A DNA stretch of 64,000 nt from Octopus sinensis (lineage: Eukaryota), in assembly GCF_006345805.1 (NCBI RefSeq), contig NC_043007.1, positions 62,868,001-62,932,000 on the forward strand. The letters run 5' to 3'. The position numbers were made by a program, and so were the translations under genes. This document shows, in pieces, positions 23,360 to 35,681 of the stretch. Under the pieces are notes generated by a model that was not told the DNA's origin, did not search any database, and worked only from the letters and a program-made list of their open reading frames with translations. The stretch's first letter is position 1; every line of letters starts with the position of its first letter.

Positions 23360-23525
23360 ACACACGGAAGGCTTCTTTCAGTTTCCGTCCCCCAAATTCA
23401 CTCACCAGAATTTGGTCCTTCTGAAGCTATACTAAAGGACACTTGCCCAAGATGCTACACAGCGGGCCTGAACCCGGAACCATGTGGTTGAGAAGCAAGT
23501 TTCTTATTACACAGCCATGCCTGCA
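23360..23525 (-). mobile_element. SINE family A head/body
   Basis: Reverse complement of gcatggctgtg..cttctcaaccacatggttccgggttcagg..ttgggcaagtgtc..ggaaactgaaagaagcc. Confidence 0.8.
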
Positions 23526-26500
23526 CTTATATGTGTATATACATACATACATACATACATACATGTATATCCATATATATACATATATATAAATATTACA
23601 AAATCCAACAGTGCCAGGCTATGTTGGTATCACAAAAGGTTAGCTATTTAATCCCACAACAAAGTACACTACAGATTTCGTCACAAGGGATGATGTATAA
23701 TTATATACCCCTGGCAATGTCAGGGACATAGTTAGGTATGTTCAGTTTTACAGTGCATGACCCTTAGTTTTTCTTTGCTTTTCTGCTTTCTCTTCATACA
23801 TATGTGCCTGGCTAGGTATTCTCTGCAACCCTTTGTAGTTCATGATTTTAACAAGGTAAAATGTTGTAGATCTAAACACTTACATACATCTGCATTCCAT
23901 ATTGCCATTGTATCAGACTTGGTATTACCTTATATTAGACAGCTTCAGTCCCTATTACCTTCCAGTTAACCTCTCTTTCTGTGCAGTATGTACCTTCGTG
24001 GTTATAGTAATTCTAGAATAATGAGTATCCTCACTAAGTTTTCTCATTTTCACTATTGAGTTATCTTAGCCTACATCTTCTATGAAAATACATATTTTGT
24101 CATCTCTTTTAAGCCATTTTTCACTCCTTGACTAGTCTTTCAGCTGAGAATGGTCTAGCAATGACTGTAATTTCAAGCATTTTACAAAAAAGGATTTACT
24201 TACAATCAAAAAGTGTACTTGCTGTTCTGTCAAGTAACAATGTTACTTGAGTCCAATCAGGTTGACAGATGAGAGCTAAACATCCTATATTGACCTTCAG
24301 TGAAAACTTAATCCAGCTAGTTCTAAAATCTCAATTTTATCCATTTAGCTGACTCCCATGAACATTACCTTCTCAGATGGACAACTTTTGTAGCTATCTT
24401 TTCCTCTAAAAATATAGGGTACCTATAAGTAAACTGTTATGTATATCTGATATTCTAATTAGAGATGAACTTCCTATACAAGGTACCTACCAAGTGCAAA
24501 GCACCTACACACACACACATACCTCTGTGATTTTGTATCTTGTACATATATCTAGTGCATTTTCCTCCAGTTTTTCACTTTAACTAATTCAAAGTGGATT
24601 TAATCCGCTTCCTCATCTTAAGATCTTTTTCGTTATCCTGTAAAAATTGACAGTCTCTATTCCCTCTTACAAATAGGTATTGTGACTCAACCAGTACCAC
24701 CAGATTTCCTTTTTGCTTCCACCACTTCATTTGAGTTCAATGTCATTGAATTCAACATATGGTCACTTACATTTTCTGACGTGAATATTGAAATCACAAT
24801 TACATTAACTACTCAGCATTTTTTTTTTGGCTACTTGAAAGAAATATGTCATATTCTTGAAAATGGCTTTTGATCAAATGTGCTCTATTGTACATGTCTA
24901 ATGTCAAAACTAATGTCACCTTTTCTGGAGAATCTCCTTAATATTAAACAAACCACAGTGATCTCAACTTTGACAGTCTTTATGGCTAAAAAGTTTTTGC
25001 TGAGCAAATTCAACTGATCATGACACTATCTTTTTGATTGAAGGAGTTCAAATATTTGACTTTTGCAGACCTAGTGTAAAAAAGCACTCCAAATATTATT
25101 TAGTTTGTCAATATAAGAGGCTGATAAAACTTCAAAGCTGTTTTCCCCCCTCCCTTTATTACAATAACTATCACCTGTCCAGTAGGGTTATTCAAGTAGC
25201 AGAAAGAATCTATAATTGCAATTGCTTCATGGCCCTTAGAGACTTAAGTCTGGTTCTTGAGAAAAGGTATTTCAGTTTTTTTTTTCGTCTTTTTCTTTAC
25301 TGTCTATGGTGTTAGCTTGTGGTTTATATGAATGAATCATTTGTTTGTCTGGTGCTTATAGTTGAGACAGTGTTCATTTAATAATACTGCTCTATCACAA
25401 CAAACATTATATGACCATTTTACCAGCATTCTGTTTTGAGTGTTGTGGAATGTATGTCAATGAATTTTGGTCTCAGGCTCTTTGGGTCAAAACCAACCTG
25501 GAGAATTTTTTAACCAACTCACTAATGAATTCACTTATAGATGCAAAGTCATAATATAGAGCAGCAAGGAGATCTTTATCCAAACATTGATGACAGTACC
25601 TTTGATATAGCTGTAACTTTGTCCTTGCACTAATTCCTACATCAATTACCTGGAAAAAAAATTGTCTGTGCGGTATTATGAAATATATGCTTAAAATCTA
25701 GAGTTGGCACTGTGCTTCATTAAGTTATTGATACCCTTGGTAAGGACAACACAAACACAACCTGTATGTGTGGAGAGACAAAAAAAAGCCTATTTGCATG
25801 AATAGATTGGTCTAGTCTACTTTCTAACACAAATGGTGGAATGATAGATTGGTTTAATCATCTCATAAGGATTTAATATTGAGAAATAAGTAAATTTATA
25901 ATCCATGATTAAAATTAATTCACCTGTGTGTTAAGTAAGGACAACCAAAACACTCTAATATCCTCCCTCATTTTGAAAGTGAGACCTTGTTCATAGTAAG
26001 AAAAAGAAGTCATTATATTGATCCAGTGGAGCCCAGAATACTAGATTAAATATATTTCTTCAGGATTGACTTTTCTTGTCACTTTTCTGGTATAGATAAA
26101 TACTAATCATGTACTAGGTTGATTTCAATGAATACATCCCTTTTACTATGAGTGCCAATGTCATTATGTATACATAAGTCTTTTGAGTGCTGTGCATACA
26201 TGCCTAAAACTTCAGATTCATCAAAAGTTTGCTTTAGAACATAGACCAATGTCACACACCTATTCAGTTCATGATGTTGAAATTTGTGTTAAGGTTCTGT
26301 AGCCATGTGATGGCTGAGGCAGAGTATTTTTCTACAGCAATTAAATTCTGTATTTATATTCTTGCAGAAGATTATTTTGTGTATGGGCACATGATGAATG
26401 CATTTGCTAACATACATTTGTAATGTGAACATGTCACAAGACAGATGTTTGCATATCTACTGTGATTGTTGATTGCCTGCTGAGATGGTGGGAAATTTCA

Positions 26501-26814
26501 CCCATTTAAAAACAATCAAAAAGAGAAAATGAGCAGAGGAGGATATAAATATTTTGTCAAAATATAGAACTTCTCCCCACCAACTTTACTTCATAGAAAT
26601 ATTTTTAACTATTCTGGAATATAAGCTGTAGTAAATGACTGTGCTGGACTTCAAATGTTATATCTAATTCAGTATATGAACATTTTCAGTTGTGTGTTGT
26701 TGTTATTTAAACTCAGGTCACCCTTGACCGAGCTGACCTGTGATCAAATGGGTACCAGCTTGGTCATTGCTATTTTGTCTATATACACATGTACACTCAA
26801 ATATATAGTGTATA

Positions 26815-27192
26815 CATATCTCTTTTACTTGTTTCAGTCATTTGACTGTGGCCATGCTGGACTACCGCCTTTAGTTGATCTAGCAAATCGACCCCAGGAC
26901 TTATTCTTTGTAAGCCTAGTACTTATTCTATCGGTCTCGTTTGCCAAACTGCTAAGTTACGGGGACATAAACACACCAGCATCAGTTATCAAGCGATGTT
27001 GGGGGGACAAACACTGACTCACAAACATATACACACACATACCTATATATATATATATGTATATATATGACGGGCTTTCAGTTTCCGTCTACCAAATCCA
27101 CTCACAAAGCTTTGGTCGGCCCAAGGTGCCACACAGTAGTAATGAACCCAGAACCATGTGGTTGGTGAGCAAGCTACTTACCACACAGCCAG
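26815..27192 (-). mobile_element. SINE family A, near full length with internal microsatellite
   Basis: Tail (tttacttgtttcagtcatttgactgtggccatgctgg..), microsatellite 27025-27068, body and head (tttcagtttccgtctacc..cccagaaccatgtggttgg). Confidence 0.88.
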
Positions 27193-27704
27193 AAATCCAC
27201 TTCAGTTTTATCCTACTTATTTAAGATTTTCTCTTGTGTTTTTTTTTTCCTTTGTACATCCTTTTTTATTTTGTTAGGAAAAAATAAATTCTGTGATCCA
27301 ACATTCTTATTCATTTTTGGTTCTGTTGGTTGTTTTAAAGTAGTTATTAGGTAGTTATTGTTGTAGATTAAAAGAACATCAGAATGCTGTTATTCATTTT
27401 GCTGGTTACATCCTCATTGGAATAACATTTCCCTTGAATTTTACCAGCAATAAAGAAAAAGACAAACACCATTCATTAGTGAATGGTGTAAAAATTATGA
27501 GGAACCAAGGAACTATGTTCCAAGGAAAATGTAAAAGATAAATGTTTTTAAGAAACTTTCATCGAGCTGAAACAGATTTTTGGTGGGTGGAGTAGTAATA
27601 TTTCTTGTATTTGTTGCTGATTATGAGTCAGTGTCCTCTTTCTTATAATTAACTACTTCAATGTATTTAATTTAGATATAATTCATTATTTATTAAGTAA
27701 TATT

Positions 27705-27908
27705 AGTTTCAAATTTTGGCACAAGGCCAGTAATTTTGGGGACGGGTGAATCAAGTACCTCGACACCAGTGTTCAACTGGTACTTACTTTATCAATCATG
27801 AAAGGTAAAGTAGACCTCAGTGAAATTTGAACTCTGAACATAAAGATGGATGAAATGATGCTAAGCATTTTGCCTGGCATGCTAATGATTCTGCCAGCTC
27901 ACTGCCCT
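27705..27908 (-). mobile_element. tRNA-derived SINE family B, decayed
   Basis: actggtacttactttatc..aaaggtaaagtagacc..tttgaactc..gctaatgattctgccagctc is the reverse complement of the 60770-60992 monomer. Confidence 0.8.
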
Positions 27909-28884
27909 ATTTATTAAATATTAATATATTATATTATTCATAAGGTATAATTTAATATATTGGCGGTACCTCAGCATGAACACAGCTCTTGACTGAAACT
28001 AGTAAAAGAGTAAATTAAATTTGATATATTTCCTTCTGGTCTTTTATTTATTTATTTTTAATGTTTTCTTGGGTCTACTATTTATTACTTATAACAACAG
28101 GAGTTGTTTACCATCAAAGAAAATCCCCTGCTGTCATCTATATTTCCTGTCTATTATCTGGAAATTAATGGTCAAGTATAGTGTTTTGCTTAGATAACCT
28201 CTCCTTTAAACATAACTTGAAGTTCTAAGGAGATTTTCTTAAGTATCATTTTAAAAAGTTGATATAGGATAGGTTGTCATTTTATACTAAACCATAAACA
28301 TTTGTTGATGATTTTTACCTCCAATGCAGAAACCAATGCATCACCTGTAAGTAATACTGAAATCTCTCTTCTACTTTAAAAGTGAAGGACATATTTGTCC
28401 TTGAGAGATTGTCTAAAGCAAAAATACAGGATTGTTCACAGCTGGAAAGATTTCACTAAAAGGCTTGCCAAATCAAGTCTGACCTGGCATAAATAATATT
28501 AATAAAATGAAAAGAAGCAGTAAACTTTTGAAAGTGTCACAATATTTTTTTATATAGAAATTCTAAAATCCTTGTTGAAGTATGGAAGTAAAACCTGTGT
28601 TACTATTACAATTTAAAAAAAAAAATTTTAATAGTAACACAAGTATGATTGATTTAACTGCTGCTTATTTCAAGTTTGAGCTCAAAGGTCTAGTTGCTGT
28701 CAAACTTTATTAAAATAGTTATGATAACTTTTTTTATTGATCCTCTTGCCTCAAACAATGAAAATTGAAGTTGATCTTGGTAGGATTTGATTTCCGAGTG
28801 CAAAAAATTAGAACAAATACCTCATGGAACTCTATCCAATGCTCTAATGACTGCCAATTCACCATTTTAGTATTATGCTTATTG

Positions 28885-28926
<42 letters not shown>

Positions 28927-31900
28927 ATATAGATAGATAGATAGATATAGATATAGATATATATAGATATAGATCATGGTGCTTGGAAAGCCAAAATTTC
29001 TTGGTGTACAACATAGCAGAGGAGCATGAAGTTGATTCTAAAATGTCATTTTTAAAAAAAAATTCACTTATTTTTCTGTGAGGTATTATTATGCCTAGTG
29101 AAACAAAAATCAAACTGTTAAGTGATAAAAATTAGATTTGAAATTAAGGAAATAAAATAGAAGCTTCTGTTTTACATGTTTATCGTTGACATTTTTATTT
29201 TACCACTAGCATTCAATATTAATAACAAGAATTTTAAAAATAATGTAGGTAAATTAGCATTTTTGTTTCACTTCATTGTCTACAGAACTTTTAGCATAAT
29301 TTCTTCTAACAAGTCCCATTTTGTTGTATTCAGAAAACATTATTCAATGAAGAATTTACTATGAAGACATCTGTTCTTTAGAGGAAAGGGATTTGTTTTT
29401 AATCTAAAAAAAAATGTAAAGATCATTTCTTGAATGATATTCCTAGTTTTCCTAAAATTTATCAACACTATTCTATGTCTTAAGTTCTCATCAGATTGAT
29501 TTCAGTGTCTGGTTGGCATGCTACAAACCTTGCAATATACTCATATAGTTTGGAAAAGGCTCTTGATCAAAAAAAAAAAAAAAAACCTCTGTTAGGTTTT
29601 GATTTAATAAACATGTATCTCTTTCAGTATTGAAGTATTATTGAGAATAACCAAAATTATAGACTGTTCAACAAAATATTTTTGCCTATTCTTTCTCTCA
29701 AGAAAAATTTTTGTAATTCATCTCTTTTAATGAAGTTCTAGTAATTTGTTGGAGAAGTCAGTAAAATTGACTGTTTGTTAGTTTAGAAAAAGATTTACTA
29801 TTGAAATTGCAATGGTTACAAATGCACTCACAGAAGACAATAGAAATATTCATATTCAGTTCCACAAAATGCCCACTCCCATGTAAAATGTATTATTTAC
29901 AGCCTTTAGCTAACTAAAGAAATGGGTAATCAACCTGTTTTGGCATAATGGTTATTTATCATTGTATAAACATTTATATTAAGTAGGCCACACTTGATCA
30001 GCTCTAGTTAATTAGCCATGTGGCAGCTACTTAACAGATCAAACATTTGTTGACCTAGAAACTAAGTGTAGTGGATTTGGACTTTTTACTACTTTAATTT
30101 CAATAACAAGTGATATTTATTGTACTTGTTGTGTAATATTACCAGAGTAAGTTAATTAATCTAAAATCATGTGTAATTAACTAGCTTAGTTCATTAATGC
30201 AGTATCACTATGGAGTATCAGTTTATGGTCAATATTCTTTAAATTAGCTGTAGTCGTTCAGTCTTTGTGATGAAATGCTGTTTAATTTCCAGTAGTCACT
30301 CCATTTCCTTTTGTAATGTCTTTAATGAAGACCTGAATTTTATTTCATTCTCATTCCTTATTACTTATAGGCTTCATTCCAAATTTAAAGAATTGCAACT
30401 TAATGTGCTTGGGTAATTAAGATTTTATAGTAAGGAAAATGTTTAAAACCTGCATTGTGCTTCTTTTATTTACAAATGAGATTTGTTTTATTCTCATTCC
30501 TTATTCCTTTTCACATTCAGCTCAACTCATAGCATTAGAAATGAAGTAGTTTAGATATAATGAAGTCCCAAACTCAGTTCTGTATTTTAATAGGCATATT
30601 TGATGCCATTACTTAAAGATTATATGGCTGCTGAAATACAATCTTTAAGGAATCATTTGAATTTTCTATATTCAGCTTATTTGGATCCCTAGTAAAGGTA
30701 GATGGCCGTAGCCAAAACACTGATTGAACAATGAGGTTCAAACTACATCAATAGTTTTGGATATTTTGTATTAAGATCTGTGAATTATTTATAAAATTTG
30801 ACTCACTACCTCTGTGTCATGGAGCTGCTTAATCCTATTGGTACCATATTTCTGTTGAAATACATTTGTTTCAATTAATATTGAAATAATGAAGAATTCT
30901 GTAAAATAACTGTTATTGTCAAGTTGGTGCTTAGAACAAATTAACAGGAAATTTTAATGCAAGATCTTAATTCAAATTACCTTAAAACCAAAAGTTTGTA
31001 TCATAGAACCAAGCATAGTCTCAGGCTGGTTGGTATCAAAAGAGTTAAGCTATTCAGTAACAGAATAGTAATTCCTTATCTATTTAAAATTCTTGATCAT
31101 ATTTCCTTCTTTGTTATCTTTGAATTGCAGGCCATCTGAGGTATGCAAGCACTGAAAAAATACTTGTTCAAACTATGTTAAGTGTAAGCCAGTGATTCTC
31201 AGCCAGGGTGCATATAAGATTTTGTTAAAATTTAGTTGCAATAAACTGGTTATACTTCTACAGCACACTAGATATTTAAACGATTTTTTATACAATTTCT
31301 AATATTTAACCATAAAAATAAAACTTTTTAGACATCAAATGGCAATGAACTCCCTCACGCCCCCCCCTCACCTCTTGAGTAAAATAGGAATCAAAGGGAT
31401 CCATAGGTAAATATACTAATATAAACTAATATTAGATTTTTGCTCCAAGTACTTAGTGTAGAAGTTTAATCCTAATTAGTTCAAATAAGTGTTGTCATTT
31501 TAAAAGCAAACGATAATTTGTTTTCAAAATAGTAACTTCCCAAGTAGGGAAACTTCTCTCTCAACTCTTGTCATTTCATTCTCATGTTCAACTTTTTTAT
31601 AGTGATGGAAGTGGTCATTAGCTATCACCTTGAAGCTCACTGGTAACCAGCTAAACTGGTTACCTATGGGCTTCACCCATTTCTTTTAGATTTGAATCTT
31701 GTTAGATTGCATATGTGCTGATGGGACTCTACAACCCATACTCTATCATCTCTGTTGTTATATTTTTGGTTGTATCTTCCTCCCCCTCCCCCACTCTCTT
31801 CTGTACACTAACCTGCTTGCTGTCATCTCTGACAACAGGTGGCCTCCATGCATATGACACCTCATTTCATTTTCTAATCTGTTACACACATCATCCACAT

Positions 31901-33572
31901 GGAATCTAAACATTTTTGCCAAACCTGAACTGTGACAATAAGCAGAAACTTTGGAAATATCTTTCAGTGGGGATGTGAGTTTCTAATCCTTTTCAACAGC
32001 AAAGAGATACTATAGCTACTCATATCAAAGAAACAATTTTGTACCTCTCTAGTCTTAAATCCTCAATGTCATTATAAATGCTTAGCTTTACACTCTGATC
32101 TTTCCTGATGTCAATACACATACATAGCCAAAACTGTATTCCAAGACTAGTCTTACTCTTCAGGGCCGGATTAACTGGAACTTCTTTACAAAACACAAGG
32201 CTTACATTGGAGTACTGCTCCCACATCTGAGTGCGGGCTGTTGGTATGTACATGTGTGCAGCTATCCAACTGATTAGCACTCATCAATGTACTACAAGGC
32301 CCATGGACCTACTGTCTCTTCCTACCTATTCAGTCATTACTACAGTGATCACCTCTCTTCTGAACTAGCTAGTTACATATCATTTCTATTCAGGCCCATA
32401 TGACATATGTCACTCTTCTTCTCACTTCCCCTGTATTTTTGTTCCCTTTCTCTAGATGTCAACTGTCTTGAATTCCTTTCTTTCTGATTTCAAAATATAT
32501 GAATGTTCTAGCTGTACATCAACTACATCAGGCTTACAAATTACACTGCTTGTACACCTTTAGCTGTACAGGTAGTGTAATAATGGGTTATTTATAAGCT
32601 GTAATTAAAAAGAAAATTAAGTTTGAGTGACAAATGTTTTCATTTTCCTTTGTATATAAATCAAACATGAATATGAGTGTTAAGAAAATAGAAATGAGAA
32701 ATTAACACGGATGAGGGAGAATAGTTTAAGAAATGTAAGGTTGATTACAGTCAGAGGTTAAACATCTTTGACTATTATGAAAAAATATGTAAGGCAATAA
32801 ACTAGATAGTATATATCTTCGCATTGAATTCTCAAAAGTTAATTATTGATAATGGATAATTATTATATTACATGAAGACTGGCAGTGGTTAAGAATTATG
32901 AAGTATTTATTGGCTTCATTTGTAGAGTGCTGCTTTGAAATCTACTACTGTTGCTGTAAACTGCCCTCAGCTAAAATCTTCAAATTATCATCTATTGTGT
33001 TCAAATTTTAATGAGTTAGTGGTGAAATATCAAACCAGTCGATTTGTTAGTTTATTAGCAGGGTGTGAACCTTGCTATAGATAGCTTTATCTTTTTCTGT
33101 ATTTCCTTAGTTACAGGCTGGTTGCAAACCTAAGTTAGGAATAACTTTGTAGAAACTGAAATAGTTAATTTCTCACTTATGAAGGACTGCATAATTGTGT
33201 TCATTCTCCCCAGTTTATAATGACAGTCTGAATTGACCATTCTTCAGTCACGGTCTTTAAAAACTTAACTCTTTAATGATTCTAATTTTTTCTATTAATT
33301 TTTATTATATTCTTTACATTATGTATGTGTGTATGTATATATATATAATAATTATTTGAGGGAATATTAATCCAAGGGGGGGAAAAAAATTCAATTTAGA
33401 AATACTAAATCAAATTTCACACAATATAATATATATATAAAATGAGAAAAAACCACCTTTTATCAATTCAAAATGAACAATTAAATTACACCATCTAGAA
33501 AATTACATATAATAGAAATATTAAAATAACAATAAAATACCAATGTTAGGTAAATTGTAAAAAAAAACAAAA

Positions 33573-33609
<37 letters not shown>

Positions 33610-34769
33610 GAATCTCATCACCACATATAAGGGTTCTGCAATTTTGTGCCATTTATTAGCTCACTGCCTTCATCAAATCAACATTGCCTGAACAGGTGCA
33701 CAGTGTACCACACATCAGATGCTGAAGTGATTGCAGAGCAACGTGATATGCAGTCTTTTCTCAAGAACACAATGCACCATCTAGTTCAGGAATTGAAATC
33801 ACAATCTTGTGCTTGTAACATCCTAACCATTAGGCCACACACCCCCATAACGTGTGTGTTAGCCACTGTTTAAAATACACAATAAACCTTTACAATGGTT
33901 AGCCCATTCTTTCTGGTGGAATCTTTTTAGCATGCACAACAATGATATTCATTTGCCCATAGTCATAGAGTATAACTGCAAATTTTGGGGAGTAAGCTTA
34001 GAAACAACATATGTGACAAAAACAGTTGTATTGTCTCTTAAGTTCTGTACCCTCCAGATAATTATTTTAAGTTGATGCTTGAAGAATTAGTTTTGTCAAA
34101 GCTTATTTAAAAACTGATGAAGCCCAGCTGGTTGATTCAGCTGATTTTCTTTTGATTTGAAGGAGAGTAAGTCAAATGATAGGTTCAGCTGCTGTGAGGA
34201 GTGTAAAATCTATTTTATTCCTCTGGACAGTTGAGTTATCAATATTCTACAAATTCTTATTTTGATTAATTGTGCTAGTTTCTTCAAATTCTGAACTTCA
34301 CTATTCCCCCTGTGATTTCCTCAACTGATTTTTGTATCCATGGCTTGCCAAGTGTCCATTCTGATATCAATGGCTTGCTATCTGTTATTTCTTTACATGT
34401 GTAGTGTATGTGTACTTATACATGAGGTTAACATTGATACAACCTAATCTTTAAGATGTTAAACAGTACAACTGGTCACAACACTTGACCTGAAAAGTAT
34501 TTAATCCTCTGGATAAATTTATTGAAACATTAAGAGATTTACAGTTAGCAATTAAAGTGTTAGTCTTTATTTGTCTATAATCAGTAGCTTAGCTGGGTAT
34601 TGGAGGATTATTATTGAGATCTGTACTAAAAGTGATTTAAACTATAAAGATGAGGGGATATATCTACACACAGATGTGTTTCTCTGTATGTGTGTGTACG
34701 TACAGGCATGGTTTGTTTATTTAGGCTAGCTCATGCAGTGTCACATAAAAGCGCCCATATGGTGCCACA

Positions 34770-34930
34770 TAAAAGCACTCAGCACACTTATGTAAAGTGG
34801 TTGGCATTAGGAAGGGTATCTAGCTGTAGAAAACATGGCAAATCAGGCTGGAGTCTGATGCAGCTTGCCATCTCTAATCAAACCATTCAACCCATGCCAG
34901 CATGGACAACAGGCATTAAATTATGATGAT
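34770..34930 (+). mobile_element. RTE-type 3' tail fragment
   Basis: aaaagcactcagcacac..gtggttggcattaggaagggtatc..aaccattcaacccatgccagcatgg..ttatgatgat. Confidence 0.7.
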
Positions 34931-35631
34931 ACATAGAAAATATTATTCTATCATATTTGTTTAAGAATCCTTGTCTTACAAAATTGGGTTATATCACATC
35001 AATAAAGAAGTCGTTTTTGAAATGCAGATTCATCTTATCCTTCAATTATATTCTTACTAAAAGATAACCAACACAAACTACAAGAAGGAAGAATGTAGAA
35101 TTAAATTAAATTAAATAATTAGAATTAATCCTACAAGACCAATCCTTTAATCTTCTTTAGACTTATTTTCACTTATACAAATAATATTGAAGATTTCAAC
35201 ACTTGTAGTTTTCTAATCCATTAGGATGAAAGGGTAGGTTCATGGTCAGTTCTCATGAGTCAATCAACTGAGGTTGAAAAAATATGGAACATAGTTCTTT
35301 TAGTCCTGTCTCTCTTAGATTCTCCTAGAAATTGAACTTGTTATGCAAGTCATGGAGTTTTTATCTTAACCACTGAAATATGCCTGATAGGTTGAGAGAA
35401 TAAATATCTGATAGCTGCTGTAAGTTATGCTAAGTCCCTTGTATGAAGTATTTATTCTTTTTTGACTTTGCTTATGAAATACCATTAGCCATTTCATAAA
35501 ACTAAGCATAGCTTTGAAATCAATAAACTTTTAGATTTATATTTTTACTTAAATAGCTAATTACGAAACCTTAGAATATAATTTTGTTTTTTCATTACAG
35601 TTCCTAACTAAATCCTTTCTTTGTCATCTAG

Positions 35632-35681
35632 GTGTTGAGAATCTGGATTAGATCACCTTTTGCTTTTATGCTTACTTGGAG
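35632..35681 (+). CDS. ena: Candidate alternative start-codon exon of Ena (coding 35668-35681, ATG CTT ACT TGG AG|, phase 2)
   Basis: CTAAC branch point at 35604-35608, tract tcctttctttgtcatctAG, donor GAG|GTAATG. Splicing to 56749 gives MLTWSEVPIV.., restoring the family Ser-Glu. No transcript evidence. Confidence 0.5.

Noticed and set aside
14656-23491. Many I/Y/C/V/M/H-rich ORFs in the supplied track (also near 3.1-3.6, 5.0 and 52.1 kb)
   Set aside because: They are translations of TA/CA/TACA microsatellites with no protein signal.
31195-31420. hAT-like terminus cagtgattctcagccaggg (and cagggccggattaac at 32161)
   Set aside because: No matching opposite TIR or target duplication was found.
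31700-31920. Possible second, very decayed Penelope GIY-YIG remnant (..HPHGI)
   Set aside because: Similarity is too faint to support by eye; needs a profile search.
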